A DNA stretch of 59,733 nt, the filler included, from Asterionella formosa (taxonomy: Eukaryota): assembly GCA_002256025.1 (NCBI GenBank). It is 10 parts of 10 records of this genome, joined end to end, with 100 filler letters (N's around TTAATTAATTAA, not from the genome) between each part and the next. Parts side by side here need not be neighbours in the genome. Positions count along the whole stretch, not along the records: positions 23,961 to 29,845 come from NKIB01012896.1; positions 29,946 to 35,825 come from NKIB01012898.1; positions 35,926 to 41,805 come from NKIB01012899.1; 7 more parts are not named here. One strand, 5' to 3'. Below, one piece after another: positions 24,297-37,311 of this stretch (position 1 is the stretch's first letter; each line of letters begins with the position of its first letter). The position numbers were made by a program, and so were the translations under genes. The notes below the pieces were generated by a model. That model saw nothing but the letters and a program-made list of their open reading frames with translations. It was not told where the DNA came from and did not search any database.

Positions 24297-25292
24297 ATGC
24301 CACCTGGATTACGATCGTTCCTCTTCATCGTCCTGCTCCTTCTTATTCCTCAACCTGCGAGCTCCTCCAAGTCTCATTATGCTACTCTCGGAGTGTCCAA
24401 GACAGCCAATCCATCGGAAATCAAGAAAGCATACCGAAAACTTGCGCTGCAACACCACCCTGACAAGGGCGGAGACGAAGCCAAGTTCAAAGAAATTAGC
24501 TCCGCCTACGAAATTTTGAGTGACGAGAAAAAGAGATCCCTGTACGATCAATACGGCGAAACGATTCCGAACAGTGCGAGTGGCGGGTCTCCTTTTGGTA
24601 CTGGCAGCGACATGCCGCAATCAGAATTTTTCACTTTTACTCAGCAACAGCAACCACAGGGATTTGGGTCTACTCCATTCGGGGCCAGTGGAGTGAACCT
24701 AGACCTTGGAGAGCTGCTTCGAAGCATGATGATGGGATCGTCTGGCCCCCAAAGGCCCCCGTCCCGACATGGAGGACGTCAAGGCGTTCGACCTCAGCCA
24801 TACTTTACTCGTAAAATATCTTGCACGCTACAAGAGTTGGCTACTGGTGCTACCAAAAAATTAAAAGTACAACATCCGAAAGAAGACCCGTTCACTGGTA
24901 AAGCCCGCGTTGAATCCAAAATTTACAAAGTACCCTTGAAACGAGGATGGAAGAAAGGAACTAAAGTCAAGTATCCACCCAAGGATGGATTTCCTGGTAT
25001 GATTTTCGTGATTGATGAAGCAAAGCATCCTTTTCTGGAACGACGAGGTGACCATCTTGTTTATAAATGCCGCCTATCTGCAAAGCAAGCAGATAAGGGG
25101 GCCAAAATAACGATTCCTCTGCCAGATGGCGAGCTCTATGAATTGAAAGTGCAAGATGATTTGCCTATTCAACAAGGTAATAAGCGAATGATTTCGGGTA
25201 AGGGTATGCCTATCAAGGGTGGACCAGAGAGGGGGGAACTTATTATTGAATTTGACATTGTAGCCACCTCCGCACCCACCTCGTCAATTTAG
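24297..25292 (+). CDS. Type II DnaJ/Hsp40 with N-terminal signal peptide
   Basis: Signal peptide ([23 protein letters not shown]), J domain with HPD, G/F-rich region and DnaJ_C domain (GKGMP); no zinc finger. Confidence 0.92.
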   Translation: MPPGLRSFLFIVLLLLIPQPASSSKSHYATLGVSKTANPSEIKKAYRKLALQHHPDKGGDEAKFKEISSAYEILSDEKKRSLYDQYGETIPNSASGGSPFGTGSDMPQSEFFTFTQQQQPQGFGSTPFGASGVNLDLGELLRSMMMGSSGPQRPPSRHGGRQGVRPQPYFTRKISCTLQELATGATKKLKVQHPKEDPFTGKARVESKIYKVPLKRGWKKGTKVKYPPKDGFPGMIFVIDEAKHPFLERRGDHLVYKCRLSAKQADKGAKITIPLPDGELYELKVQDDLPIQQGNKRMISGKGMPIKGGPERGELIIEFDIVATSAPTSSI

Positions 25293-25893
25293 CATCAACA
25301 CACGCCACGCCGCCAATCAATAATCAATACCGGGCAGACGGATTATACATTGTAAAAATCGAATCTGGTGAAAAAAACTGGCAGTGCTGATCGCTCAGAG
25401 AAGGCCGCATTAAAACGACGACACTGCCATTGGTTATCACAACAGTGACTTCCGCCGAATACTCGCGTCCTGACAACGTACAAACGATTTTCATATTTGA
25501 CAATCCCCTTATCATTATCAGATTATTAGTACCTCTCCTCCCCTACTACGGGCCAGTCATATCACAAGGTTTCTCTAATTTGCATTGCATGGTTTAAGTT
25601 TCTCAAGTGCGAGCGGCACTGACTCTTTAATGTTAACACTAGACGAGGGCGCAAGTACTAGGGTGCAAGGGATTGTTGAGCAGGTATGCCAATACGTACA
25701 AGAAACACCTTTCTCGGGAGAATTTTGACATAACAGCTGCTTGAAAGTCGTTTTCTTCCTTAGCTTCGGTAAAGTGCGTGCTGATTGACGCGTGTCTACC
25801 CTTTGCTCCACGAATTGGGGCAATAATGCAGCAACATGATCTCATAAATTCAGGATATTTTAGAAAGTTTGATTTCTTAGTGGATTCCCCAAA

Positions 25894-26742
25894 TTATGTC
25901 CCATGGACGCGACAACTGACGAAATCGCCAGAAACCTCACTTGGTAATATCATGCGCGATTCGTCGTCCAGCAACTTCTGTTCCTGCTTCCTAGCTCGTC
26001 GTTCACGGAAAAGCTTTTGTAAATACGATCGTTTGCGGATGGAGCTTCTATAGGGTATTGGTACATATGAGGCTTTTCGTGCCTCGTTAGTGGCATTTTT
26101 TATTCTCTTGACAATGTCATCATCGTCGTCCAACCGTTCAAAATTTCTTGGAGAAGGAGGAGCAGTCGAACATGATGTGTCCTCAGTCTCAGTCATTGTA
26201 GTCGCGATCGTTGTTTCTCCGAATGTGGCCCGAGTCCTCAAATCATCTTGACCAAAGAACATTCCATCAACGCAAGTTGCATTTTCCTCGTTACTTCTGT
26301 TCTCGTTTATTGGGATCATCCCACACATCCCACCCGCATAAATGCCAAGAGATTCCAAGAAAGATGGAGGGGTTACGGGTTTCGTCGCCCTCCTTATTTC
26401 CTTTGGTCTCGATAGCAGGGATGAGTCCCAAGTGCTTTGATCTCTACTACCGGTATCGGTATTTACGCTGGAAATCCCCGCGGATGAAGCATCAGAATGC
26501 GTAGTTATGGACGAAATTGCGCTTATAGATATACCATGCTCCTCGTTTTGTGGAAATAGATGCGAATGGTCAAAACCACTCTTCCTTGCTGATAGATTCG
26601 TGTCGGCACAAGGTATCTCCAATGTGAATTGATCTTCCACGCTCAGTGACTCGCCGCCGACTGAACCATCGCCTTGTTCCAACAGATCAAGGTGAGATGG
26701 ATCGCTTCTACAACGAAGTATTCGATATGCATTCATCATCAT
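25894..26742 (-). CDS. Hypothetical low-complexity Ser/Thr/acidic protein
   Basis: ~280-aa ORF of coding-like composition; start at one of the MMM ATGs. Confidence 0.6.
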   Translation of the reverse strand: MMMNAYRILRCRSDPSHLDLLEQGDGSVGGESLSVEDQFTLEIPCADTNLSARKSGFDHSHLFPQNEEHGISISAISSITTHSDASSAGISSVNTDTGSRDQSTWDSSLLSRPKEIRRATKPVTPPSFLESLGIYAGGMCGMIPINENRSNEENATCVDGMFFGQDDLRTRATFGETTIATTMTETEDTSCSTAPPSPRNFERLDDDDDIVKRIKNATNEARKASYVPIPYRSSIRKRSYLQKLFRERRARKQEQKLLDDESRMILPSEVSGDFVSCRVHGT

Positions 26743-27466
26743 TATACATTTGGTTGACATAAAGTGTAAAGTGATATCATTTTACATACAGGTATGCTTG
26801 GTTGACCAAAAGTGTAAAGTGAGATACCGCCGTCGTGTTCCAAGCCTGCAATCGTTGCAAGAATGGCAAGCTCTGTGTCGCCAGCGGGGTATCACAACGA
26901 GTGACAAGGCGCTGGGCACCAGGTACTGGAAGGACATTTTGGTGCCTGTATTTTGGCGAGTATAGAGAAGGTCGCCTGACGCGGAGAGCTGGTTTTAACC
27001 GTTGGATACCGTTTTCTTGTGGATCGATTCAGGATGGTGGGAGCGATAATTGATGGGCGGTCATGGATGATTCACCTCGTCGTGCATTGCACGTCCAATG
27101 TCTCGCTCATTCAGACCTTGTGACGTCAAAACCTGTGCTGGCAGCTGGTACCTGGTACCCCGAGTACCGGTACTCCTGGTACCCTGGTACCTGGTACCAC
27201 AGGACCTGATACTCCTACTCTGGAATCCGGAGTTCATTATTATTACAAATACATGTGTATGTAGCAAACTGTAGTATATACCGGTATGCTGTCTCTGCTC
27301 ATACATAGATATGTATTGAGAAGAACCAGACAGAGTCAATCGTCAATTGATGTGTAGAAGTGACGACGACGTGCTATCCGGAACGAACTTGGTGTCAGTG
27401 TATCACTTGCGAAGCGCACTTTTCTCATGTCAAATCAATACTTTTAAATAGGAAATATATGAGCAA

Positions 27467-28054
27467 ATGACTTTGACCAGTGTACTCGGCGGAGTACTCT
27501 CGATATATTGTTTCATGCTCAGTGTGGCAACTATGTCAAGTGGAATTGTGGCCTTCACGTCGCCCTCCCTTTTCAGCCATGTGAACAGCAGGATGACGAC
27601 CTTAAATGCCAATTTTTTGTCCAACTTGTTTGGTGGTAATCAGAACACCAATAAGTCGACGGTTGTCTTTGATATTCCAATGTCCAATATCAAAGCAGGA
27701 CCCATTCGCTTCATTCTCAATATTCATCTGGTCGGTTTGCTCAACCAACCTGAAAAGGGAACATGGTTCTCCAAGCAGGATGATGAAGGCGGTCTCGACT
27801 TGTACTTTTGCGACGGAAGTGCAATGGTCTCGTTATCGTTCTCCGAGAACACAATCAAGGCCGAACGGTTTGGTGACAAACCATCGCTCCGTTACCTTCT
27901 CCAAGAATCCATCATTCTTCACGAGGTTTTGGACGAATTGAATGCGCTTGCGTTTGATGTGGGGGATATTGACGAAGAAAAGAGACTGTTACAACCAAAG
28001 GAAATTGATGGAATCGAGAAGGCACGCTCCAAACTGCCAGCGAAGGCAGCTTGA
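27467..28054 (+). CDS. Putative plastid-targeted hypothetical protein
   Basis: Hydrophobic signal followed by VA|FTSP (ASAFAP-type) and a Ser-rich transit peptide; mature part begins ANFLSNLFGG. Confidence 0.75.
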   Translation: MTLTSVLGGVLSIYCFMLSVATMSSGIVAFTSPSLFSHVNSRMTTLNANFLSNLFGGNQNTNKSTVVFDIPMSNIKAGPIRFILNIHLVGLLNQPEKGTWFSKQDDEGGLDLYFCDGSAMVSLSFSENTIKAERFGDKPSLRYLLQESIILHEVLDELNALAFDVGDIDEEKRLLQPKEIDGIEKARSKLPAKAA

Positions 28055-29105
28055 ATTAAGTGCTTATACTGTATAGCTTATTTTAATTGGATGATTCATT
28101 CCGTAATGCTTCCCTTTAAAGTCGTTGGCATTTGAGTGGGATGCGTTAGCGGAGCTGCCATGTACTAGTAGTAGACATGACACAGAGCACCTGTTTGCTA
28201 CCCACTAGCTAGCTAGCCTATTCAGTTGGCGAATCAGTTGTCGTAGGCTCGAGCTTCAAAAATTATCCAATCTGCTAGTATAGTAGTAATATGCTAGGAG
28301 TAGAGATGGGTTAAACGCTTTATTACAGTCAGTGAAAGCTGGATGATATAGCTATATTAGGAGGAAATAGCTTACCAGCTAGGTGAAGAATGCTGGTCGA
28401 AAATATAAGGAAATGTCCGCTGCATGGCATTAACAAAATGTGAACTTGTTTCTCTGCTGCCAGCTAAGGAGTACAAAAGGGCTAGTATGCATACCGGTAC
28501 TTTTACTGGTAAGCAAACAATTTTGAAATCTCATAACCATCATGCTACCGTCATTCCCATTCTTTCACAATGCATCATTTTTGTGGTGTCGATATAAGGA
28601 ATCAGATCTAAGCTAATAAACAACTTGTTTGACATGTTTTGCTTTAATTAATTATTTTATTTGTTTTAGTCATCTTTGTAGTCGTTGTACAGCTACAGTG
28701 AAAGCGTCAAATCTGCTTATAACATTGTCGCTTTGAATTGTGAATCTATAAATTTCATTTATGATCAGGGGTTGTTTGGTGGGAGGAATGACTGTGGGCG
28801 GAAGGACTGCAACTTGTGTCAGGCTACTACAGCGATGTTCATGGTTGCAGCAACCAGATCATCTATGCTGAATCACGATGCAGATCTCAATTGGGTTCAG
28901 CTTTTTTCTTCTTTCCTGTTTTATTTCGCTCTTTGATTGTGTGATGGAATTTTGCCTGTGTAAGTACCACAATCCATACGTCTCCACTGAAACTCCTATT
29001 TTTTACTTCATTTCTAACCCAAAACAATATTTTCTTTTTCTCATTTGATGCTACTTATTACATTGGATTTCCCAAACATCATGTTCAAATTTCATTGATG
29101 TTGCA

Positions 29106-29248
29106 TGTTGTTAAAGTGAGCTCATCTACGTAGTTAGGACTCGGAGTCAAACGAGTCAAACGATTCGAATGAGTCCACTTTGATGTACCAAGCTCTCATC
29201 AACCACACATTATACTTTGCTACTCCGACTATAATGAGCCGGACAACA
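29106..29248 (+). mobile_element. Putative Copia 5' LTR (143 bp)
   Basis: TGTTGT...ACAACA termini ~310 bp upstream of gag. Confidence 0.6.
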
Positions 29249-29558
29249 TAAGCTATTTCGGAAGACCGATAGTTTGAAATGAATGATCATGGTTAAATAC
29301 CTATGATCAGTAAGTGTGAGATAGACATGGGTCTATCTATGATTGTATGTTCCTAGAAATGCAAACAGCATTTGGAGAATAGTTCGTTTGTTTTGTTCAA
29401 ACAGAACAACCTAAACTAGATTAGTAAACTCACAATAAGAATATAGAAACGGAAAGAGAAACGAACGTCTCTATCTATAGTCTTCTTTGTCTAACGATAT
29501 AGATCTATACAAAAGGTAATACTTTAACACGTTTATAAACAGACTTAAGTGTTTTAAC

Positions 29559-29845
29559 ATGTCTACAGAAATGTCTGAAGAGAGCATGAGGCTCATCAAG
29601 TTTGATGGCAACGAAACGAACTGGTACCAGTGGAGCGTTAAAACGCTCGCTCTGGCGAAGGCAAGAGGATTCCGAACGATGTACTCCAAGAACCACAACC
29701 CGTGTTCTGACGAAGAGTACGAATTGGAGACAGACAAAGGAGTCAGGGCTATCTACGAGGCCAACGACAAGGCGTACCAGTTGCTCATCATGAGCTGCAC
29801 CGGAATCGCCTTCGGACTCGTAAACCAAGCCAAAACGAAAACGTT
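29559..29845 (+). mobile_element. Copia gag N-terminus (cut by contig end)
   Basis: KFDGNETNWYQWSVKTLALAKARG...ANDKAYQLLIMSC...AFGLV, typical of Copia gag. Confidence 0.85.
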
Positions 29846-30699
29846 NNNNNNNNNNNNNNNNNNNNNNNNNNNNNNNNNNNNNNNNNNNNTTAATTAATTA
29901 ANNNNNNNNNNNNNNNNNNNNNNNNNNNNNNNNNNNNNNNNNNNNGGTACCTTGTTCTATTTTACTGATGCCTTCTTCTTTTCTTCATTTTCTATTTTGT
30001 TTTTCAAGTGTCGTATGTATACCGGTATCTTATAAATGCTGTTACTTCCAGCTGGAGCTGGCATCTTTGGTGCTAGTGACAACAGGTCGTTCCTGCTGCC
30101 AACAGAACCTACAGGTACTATAGCTATGTACAGTTATATATACCAGGGTACCAGTTAAAAACGACTTAGAGCTGTCCTTGAGCCACTAAACTATATAATA
30201 TTCACAATGTATTAATAGATTCTTTCTAATTTTCCAGTTATGACAATTTTTAGTATGACAAAGTTGTTTCTGATGTTGCGCCAAATCCAACATATCTTAT
30301 TGTTGATCAGGTCATGTATTTTAGATAATCAGATAAATGTATAGGAAAGTAGCAATCAGCCCAAAAGTGGCAAAAAAATATTATACCAGTGAGCAGGCAT
30401 CTCACAGAAATACACCTATACATTTGTGTAGAAAACTTAATATCTATATAGTATTTAGTTGCCTTTAACAGCCATGGACCATGTACTAAAGCAATAAATG
30501 AATCAATTAGTCATTCTTAGTAAATGAATGCTCTATTTCTTAAAGGCCAAAACTCGAGCCATACTTATTTGCAGAGACTATAATTCACATCAGAAGTTGC
30601 TTCTGACATACCAAAATATGAAGCAAATCACAGTCATCTCATTACCAATGAAGAACCCTACTACAGCAAGAAAACAGCCTCAACCATCCAAAAGTACAA

Positions 30700-31810
30700 G
30701 TTGATACTTAATTATTTGGATAAGACTGTAGTGTCACTTATTAAAAAAATATAGTTATGGAATTAGAAACTTGAAAGGCAAATAAGAATGGAAAACTACC
30801 ATGTGGTGCAATTTCGAATATTGTTGCGTCTAAGTCGGCTACACTGGCTTGGTTAACAACACCTATGGTCCAGTACCATTTGCAGAAGCTAAATCAGGCG
30901 GGAAAGGCAACTACGTAATTCACTGGTACAATTACCTGCTACTGTGACACTAAATGAATCACAGTTGTTGGCAGGACATACCTCATCAATTTCTACCGTG
31001 ACTAAAAATTCAACTTTAAATAGCTACTATCCAGCTCATGAAATACAAGAGAGACTCACTCACCCAAAATGAAAGGCTCTATACTGCTTTCTCTGTTGAA
31101 AAGGATGACATTGTTGATCTGGTGTCGAAACCTTTGGATGAGTGCTTTCCCCATATCGCTACAAACCAAAAAGCTGTTGTTGAAAAAGGTTGGGTCCATT
31201 GAACTACACGTTTAGCTCCATCCGGAAATTCAACTGACAAGTACCTCGAATCTGCAAACAAAAGCAAACAATAATCAACCCGTCTTTTTAATTCCCCCAT
31301 CCGAACTAAATATGAGCCAAGGCATCTCTGGACTAACCCTCATTGATCAGGTTGTACAGTATCGCAATCATGAGGATCCTAGAAGTGGACAAATCTGGAT
31401 GAGCTAGGGCAATTGCAAGCAATCGATGATACAAAAGTTGTTCATGTCGCTGCAGGCAGGTACTTGTTTGGTACTCAAATGATTGATGACCAGCTGAAAA
31501 GGAAGAGGCATGCGGAAGAAGTGCAGAGTGAGCAAGCAAGAGAATAAGAAAATAGATGCATAGCACATGGCGCTTGCAAAATAGGTTTATGCCATCAGAT
31601 TGCTTAACAAACAGCCAGCAGAGTGGACAGTGGAACAAACGAAAACAATGGCAACATGTTACAAGCGAGCAGGCGATCTTCCATTACTAACAACAATGGA
31701 ACTTCTACTTACCAGATACCATGACACCATGATGCGTGGCGATGCTGCAGTACCAGTTGCAACTTTGATGGCGCCAATTCCTCATCCTTTGGTCACTCCT
31801 ATTACATGAC
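30700..31810 (+). mobile_element. Highly decayed DNA-transposon ORF remnant
   Basis: Broken frames TNQKAVVEKGW..LNY and KQPAEWTVEQTKTMATCYKRAGDLPL resemble the C-terminus of DDE/pogo-like transposases; many stops. Confidence 0.4.
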
Positions 31811-34162
31811 AAGATATGATGGGAGGAACACCAGCCTAAGAACAATGCAATGAATACAGCGAAAAAATGAGAGGAGTATTTGATGGAACCGACAAAATTA
31901 ATTGGGAACACCACCACATCTAAGACGCCGGCTGTTTATGGCACTTTTTCGAGTTAATGTCGAAAGTGACAAATTTATGTTACTTTTTCTAAAAAATTAC
32001 GCTACTTTTTTGGGAATTTATTTCGGTCAAACCAAAATTTATGTGTTCTAAAATAAATTTACTTCGCTTATCGAATAATTATGTGATCAAACCAATAATT
32101 ATTTGTGTTTGCAATAATATTTTCTTACCAACTAGCCGTTGCTACAGTATAATGACGAAATTATGCTGCTTCGCGGCTACATCACTCTGGTTTCACCATA
32201 TTAAGAGTTCCCAATATCGATTAAATTTATTTTTCCGCTTTCACATTTTTCTTCGGTATCAACTCCCAAAGAATGCCGGTAACAAATTTGTCGGCCCCAC
32301 TGATACTTGCATCCATGACTGCACAAATCGTCGGTACAACAAATCAATCAATTTTCATTTGATTCACATCTTTTGCTTCAACTAATCATGCTATTGTTTT
32401 AGTCTTAGTAGTATGCACGGTTCAGCTACCACGAATGTGTCAAATCTCTTAGAAACATTATTGTCTTCAATTGTGCATTTCTAAGTTACATAAAATAAGG
32501 CGCCATCGGCGATTTCAATTTTCGTTGTCAATATGAAGTGGATTACACTTATTCTTTAACGATTGTAATATATGTACCAAATAGGAAAGCATCCTTCTCT
32601 ATTTTCGTAGAGATTTCCGCTATTTTCGTCATGGTCATGGCTGAGACGACATGATGCAGGATGCTCCAGATGGTCACAACAACTACACTGTAGCATTTTG
32701 TATATACAAAATATTCGCATGCTCTCAGCTTAATAATTTTTTACTAGCGCTTGCTTACGAGGGATACCTCGGTTACCCTGAACATGAATCCAGTCATACT
32801 TTTTGTCCTCATGTATCTACCGGTCGTATTACTGGTAATTGAAGGGTGGTAAAATTAGAGGTCCCCATGTTAGTCTCGTACAACCCTGCAAACCGCGCCA
32901 GTTTGCACAATTTTCCGCGCCCATATTTCATCAAGTAGTATCTCCCGGTGCTCTATCAAGATACTCATTCTGCACCAGCCAAGCACCACATAATTGTAAA
33001 ATCATGCCGAAAACATGGGAAACCGCATAGACGATGATATCCTCTGCACGGTAAGTTTGATACAACTGATGAATATCATAAAAAAATTTCATGATTCAAT
33101 TATGAATAAGCTCGTTTTAAAAGTTTGATGTTGGCGCTTTTATTTTTTGTATATTGTTTGTTATCTCATTTGTTGCCTGCCTTTTGGTCATTATTGCCAA
33201 CACTAACACGAGTAATCTACCTTGTTCTACAAAATTGAAAATTATGCGTAGAAGCTCAGATATAGTAAAACTAGGTAAGAACGACCAAAATAGTTTTGCA
33301 TGCAGGAAAAATAATTGGAAGATTGCCCACACACGCAAGCAAACAAATCAGTGATATCAACATGCTATTCAGCATATTATTATCTCTAGCTAGTAGTCAT
33401 GTAATGTGAATCTAGTTCTGTTAGATACAAAAACAAAATTAATATTGCAATAGCATTTCCATTTTACTTTGCTCATTTAAAGAAATCATAGTTGGTAGTT
33501 GCAAACAAAAATTGTGGTCGATGATGTGATCAGTCACACAAAAATATTGTAAGTTGGCCCCAAAAATTGTGCTGGTTTCTAAAATAATTATGGAAGTTGT
33601 CAAAACTATTTTAGTTCACTCCGTTCATAAATATTGCATGATGCATCATATTTTTATGTGATTTCAAACCCTTAAATTATGTACTTAGCTAAATTTATCA
33701 TATTGGGCCACCCAAATAATTAATGTGGGTGATCATATTTGACTAGCGTTTTTTTGTGGTGGCTATACCAGTAATCGGCGTTGTAGATGCAGTATAGCAA
33801 CGATGCAACTAGTAACCTGTTGTCTGAAAATCGGAAAAATATTTCGAACCACTTTTGGGAGTGACTCCAACCATTGAATGGAAACGGCGAAGGTATGTTG
33901 TTACACACGTGCCCTGAGTGCAATCATCACCGAATCCATCAATCTCAATCCCTATCAGAAGGAAGTCAGCAGTAGAAAGGAATGACGACACCCCAATTAT
34001 CGGTAGTGTTGTTAGAAGATATGATGCATTGATCATTCTCTCATCTTCTTTATCCTCTCAGATAACATGTGTGTATGCAAATACAAATGATGGGGGACCA
34101 ACTGTGGTGAGATACCAGTTGACACACTTCCTAAAAACATAAGTATCTAACTAGAAGTACTA

Positions 34163-34241
34163 CTTCATTGTCCTGGACCCAAATATCCACCGCTGTGACT
34201 GAATTTGACTGATTTTACTTAAGGGGTCCAGGACAATGAAG
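34163..34241. repeat. Perfect 18-bp inverted repeat with a 43-bp spacer
   Basis: cttcattgtcctggaccc ... gggtccaggacaatgaag. Confidence 0.85.
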
Positions 34242-34404
34242 AGCATCAATGTTAAATAGCTCAAATCGTAATTTACGATTAGATTGTTGGTGTTGAAGCT
34301 AGTAGAACTACACTTGACGTGAATCACTATGCATGCTAAAGGAAATGATTCTAGAGACTATTTACTGTTTTACAATGTTTTAATATATGGTATAGAATGC
34401 ATTT

Positions 34405-35590
34405 ATATATACATGTCTCGATAGTAAGTAAACGCATCCAGAAGAGATTTGACTTGCTTGAGATTGGGAGGTGAAGCAAGACATATTACTTAATCCTTGG
34501 ACCGTTTTAGACCAAGGTTTCAATATCCTGACAAATCTGTTTCTTGAACAGCCCATTCACACTTGGATGGATTAATCGAGAAAACCTTTGCCTGTAAGCG
34601 AATTAAAGTAGTATCTAGCGAATGTAGGTGATCCTGAAAATTCATGGAAAAACAACCCACATTGTCAATACTAGCTTCCACGTCAGCTAAATCACCTCCA
34701 TGGTTTCTTGAGCAATATCAGACAATTGTTTCACCCCCATAGGGAAAAGTAAATATTTATATAAACGAAATGGAGTGTAAATAACACATAAATTCTGGCT
34801 TCCCAAATCTAACAAGGCAAAAGTGTAATATTGCGTAGACACATCCAATTTTGTGAAAAATAAAAAGCCAGCACGTTTAGTGAGGATGGTTTGTATGCGA
34901 GGTAAAGGATGAATATTGCGATTGATAAGCTTATTTAATTCACGAAAACCTGACACCCATTGGACAATATCATCCTTTTTGGGTTAAAAGTAGGAGATGC
35001 CCATTTAGAAGCACCACATCTCTGGAGGACTACAATCTCACATAACCGTTGCAACTCGGTTTTGAGTACTTCTAAATAAATATGGGCGACTAGACATGCA
35101 CGTTGATGACAGGGAATAGCATCTGGTAATAATTCCAAATGTACTTGTGTACGAGGATAAACTTTTAATTTGACATTAAATAATGTTTGATATTTAGACA
35201 ATATAGTTTGGTGACATGATCGTTGAACTGCTGTCAAATGAACTTGTTTATCCATTTATATTCAAATAATTATATTCAGCAGCTTTAATTTCCAGCTCAT
35301 ATGATGATTCCACAATAGTAGGTGCATCTAAATATAGTAATACATCCCATCAACATTCTCCATCATCAAAAAAATGTGAGAGGATGCATGGGAACAATCA
35401 CATCCATACAAGATATGGTATTATTCACAAAATCAATAGTTAAACCAACTTGACAAAGGAAATCATGTCCTAAAATAGCATCAAAACAATGTGCATAAGC
35501 CATTGAAAACTTGGCATTTTTGTTGTAAAATATGAGCAGACTGATTAAATTCAGGAAGAATTTGATCATATAAATTAACACTGGCACAAG
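34405..35590 (-). mobile_element. Decayed Ty3/Gypsy pol (protease end plus reverse transcriptase)
   Basis: DAILGHDFL, ASKWASPTF, FRELNK...PLPRI, FTKLDVSTQYY, YKYLLFPMGVK and GFSINPSKCEWAVQETD, with stops and frameshifts. Confidence 0.92.
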
Positions 35591-35925
35591 ATGAATAAGT
35601 ACGAGCTATGGTATGTATTAATTGAGAAGTCTCATTAGACAAGGAAACACCCTGAGGCATAACCCATTCCTCTTGATAATTTAACTGTTATATTTTACAG
35701 TTAAATTTATTTTTACTGTGAGATCAAAGTAATCTAAGGGTCGTTCTTATCATTCCGAATTTGCTGTATCATTTCCGGGTTGCGGGCAAAAAGTGACGGT
35801 TGGTATCAAAACACGGTATCAGCAANNNNNNNNNNNNNNNNNNNNNNNNNNNNNNNNNNNNNNNNNNNNTTAATTAATTAANNNNNNNNNNNNNNNNNNN
35901 NNNNNNNNNNNNNNNNNNNNNNNNN

Positions 35926-36783
35926 TCAAATTCATTTTAAGGAGCTGGCTTTTATCTGCATTGCAAGTCAATCCAAACCACTCACAATAATTGTTGATAC
36001 TAAATAGCCATGAAGACCTGCTATTGAATTGGTCATTATAACCTTGGTTGAACCCCTGGTTTCCAGAGGTTGCATAATAAAGGGTCACCAAGGCATAGAT
36101 TTGGAGTAATTCAGTATCCATGATTTCTGCAGTACCTTGCTCACTTTCTAACCAGATCATTGCCTGCTGCTGTGGGGAGCCGTCAGTCAAAAGTGCAGCC
36201 CCATTATCAAACGAGTTCTCAGATAAAAAGGGGAACAAAACAGAAGTTGGACTTGGTGATGGAGGAACTGATGTTGGATTCGATGTAAAAGGAGCCAATG
36301 TCTCATTGCTTGACTTGTTCCGAGTAAGCACAACTGCAACTACAGCAGCAACAATCGCAACAAGACTTGTGAGTCCACAAGATACCATGATGTTAATCAT
36401 GCTACGGCGACGTTGGGCCTTCGCTTCAGCTTCAGCATCGACAATTGCTACCCTTGCAGGAATATCAGGGGCAGATTCATCAACTAGAATGGCACTCACG
36501 GCCTCCTGTTGGCCTCCCTCTATGCTATGCATGGCGAGTGGTTGCTGACTTATTCCCTGGGACTCCTCTAAAGACCATTCATCGTCGGCACTTGACCTTG
36601 CATGACCACTCCCTCCCACTGAGACTGCTCCAGGAAGTGTTTGTGGAGGTGCTCCTGGTTCTTCATGCTCCACCACCGCAGGAGAATCCTCCTGCAAAAT
36701 GTTAGGCGCTGGTCCAGCCCTGTGGTTGACTTATTCTATCCCATTAATGTCTTCTCCATGTGAAGATTCAGAGTCCCGAGCTC
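35926..36783 (-). pseudogene. Inverted paralog of the adjacent TM-LRR gene; 5' truncated with a premature stop, 3' end lost at contig end
   Basis: Highly similar to ~37448-38310 (AEAEAKAQRRRSMINIMVSCGLTSLVAI identical); TAT codon is TAA at 36731-36733; homology ends near 36783. Confidence 0.65.
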
Positions 36784-37311
36784 GTTCCACTTACTGTTCT
36801 GTGAATTCGTCCCAGGCAGAAACTCTTGGAGCGAATCGATTTTCGATAGAATAAGTAGTTTCTACCGGGACAGTGTACAATACATATATTTATGTTGTGT
36901 CCAATGTGCTCAGGAACACTTTTTCCCGTGCCTTACCGTTAAGCTAAAATTAAACAATTGCTGGAGAAAGATTCTATGTTGTTGCCCGACATCATTATTA
37001 TTGCCCATATGCTCAGGCACCTTTTTTCCGTTATATATGTTAAAATTAAATTAAATAATAATCTGGAGGAAGATTTTAATATTTCTGCCTGGGAGTTCTT
37101 TTAAATAGGAAACTTAGTAGCCTACTTATACATTCCAAAAATAAGAATTTTCTTTTCACTCATGTGTACCTTTCACCCTGATATTATAGCCTGCGAGATT
37201 TCGCCTCATGTTTGTTTGATGCTTCGTTCTTCGCTTCTCCACACAATCTTGTCCTTGCCTTACTGTTGTGATTATTCTGCGCACTAAACACAATATACAA
37301 CAAGCAGCAGT

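Noticed and set aside
35801..35808. TGGTATCA as a tRNA-Met primer-binding site (also near 46457)
   Set aside because: Neither is preceded by an LTR-ending CA, and the 35801 copy is on the opposite strand to the Gypsy pol.
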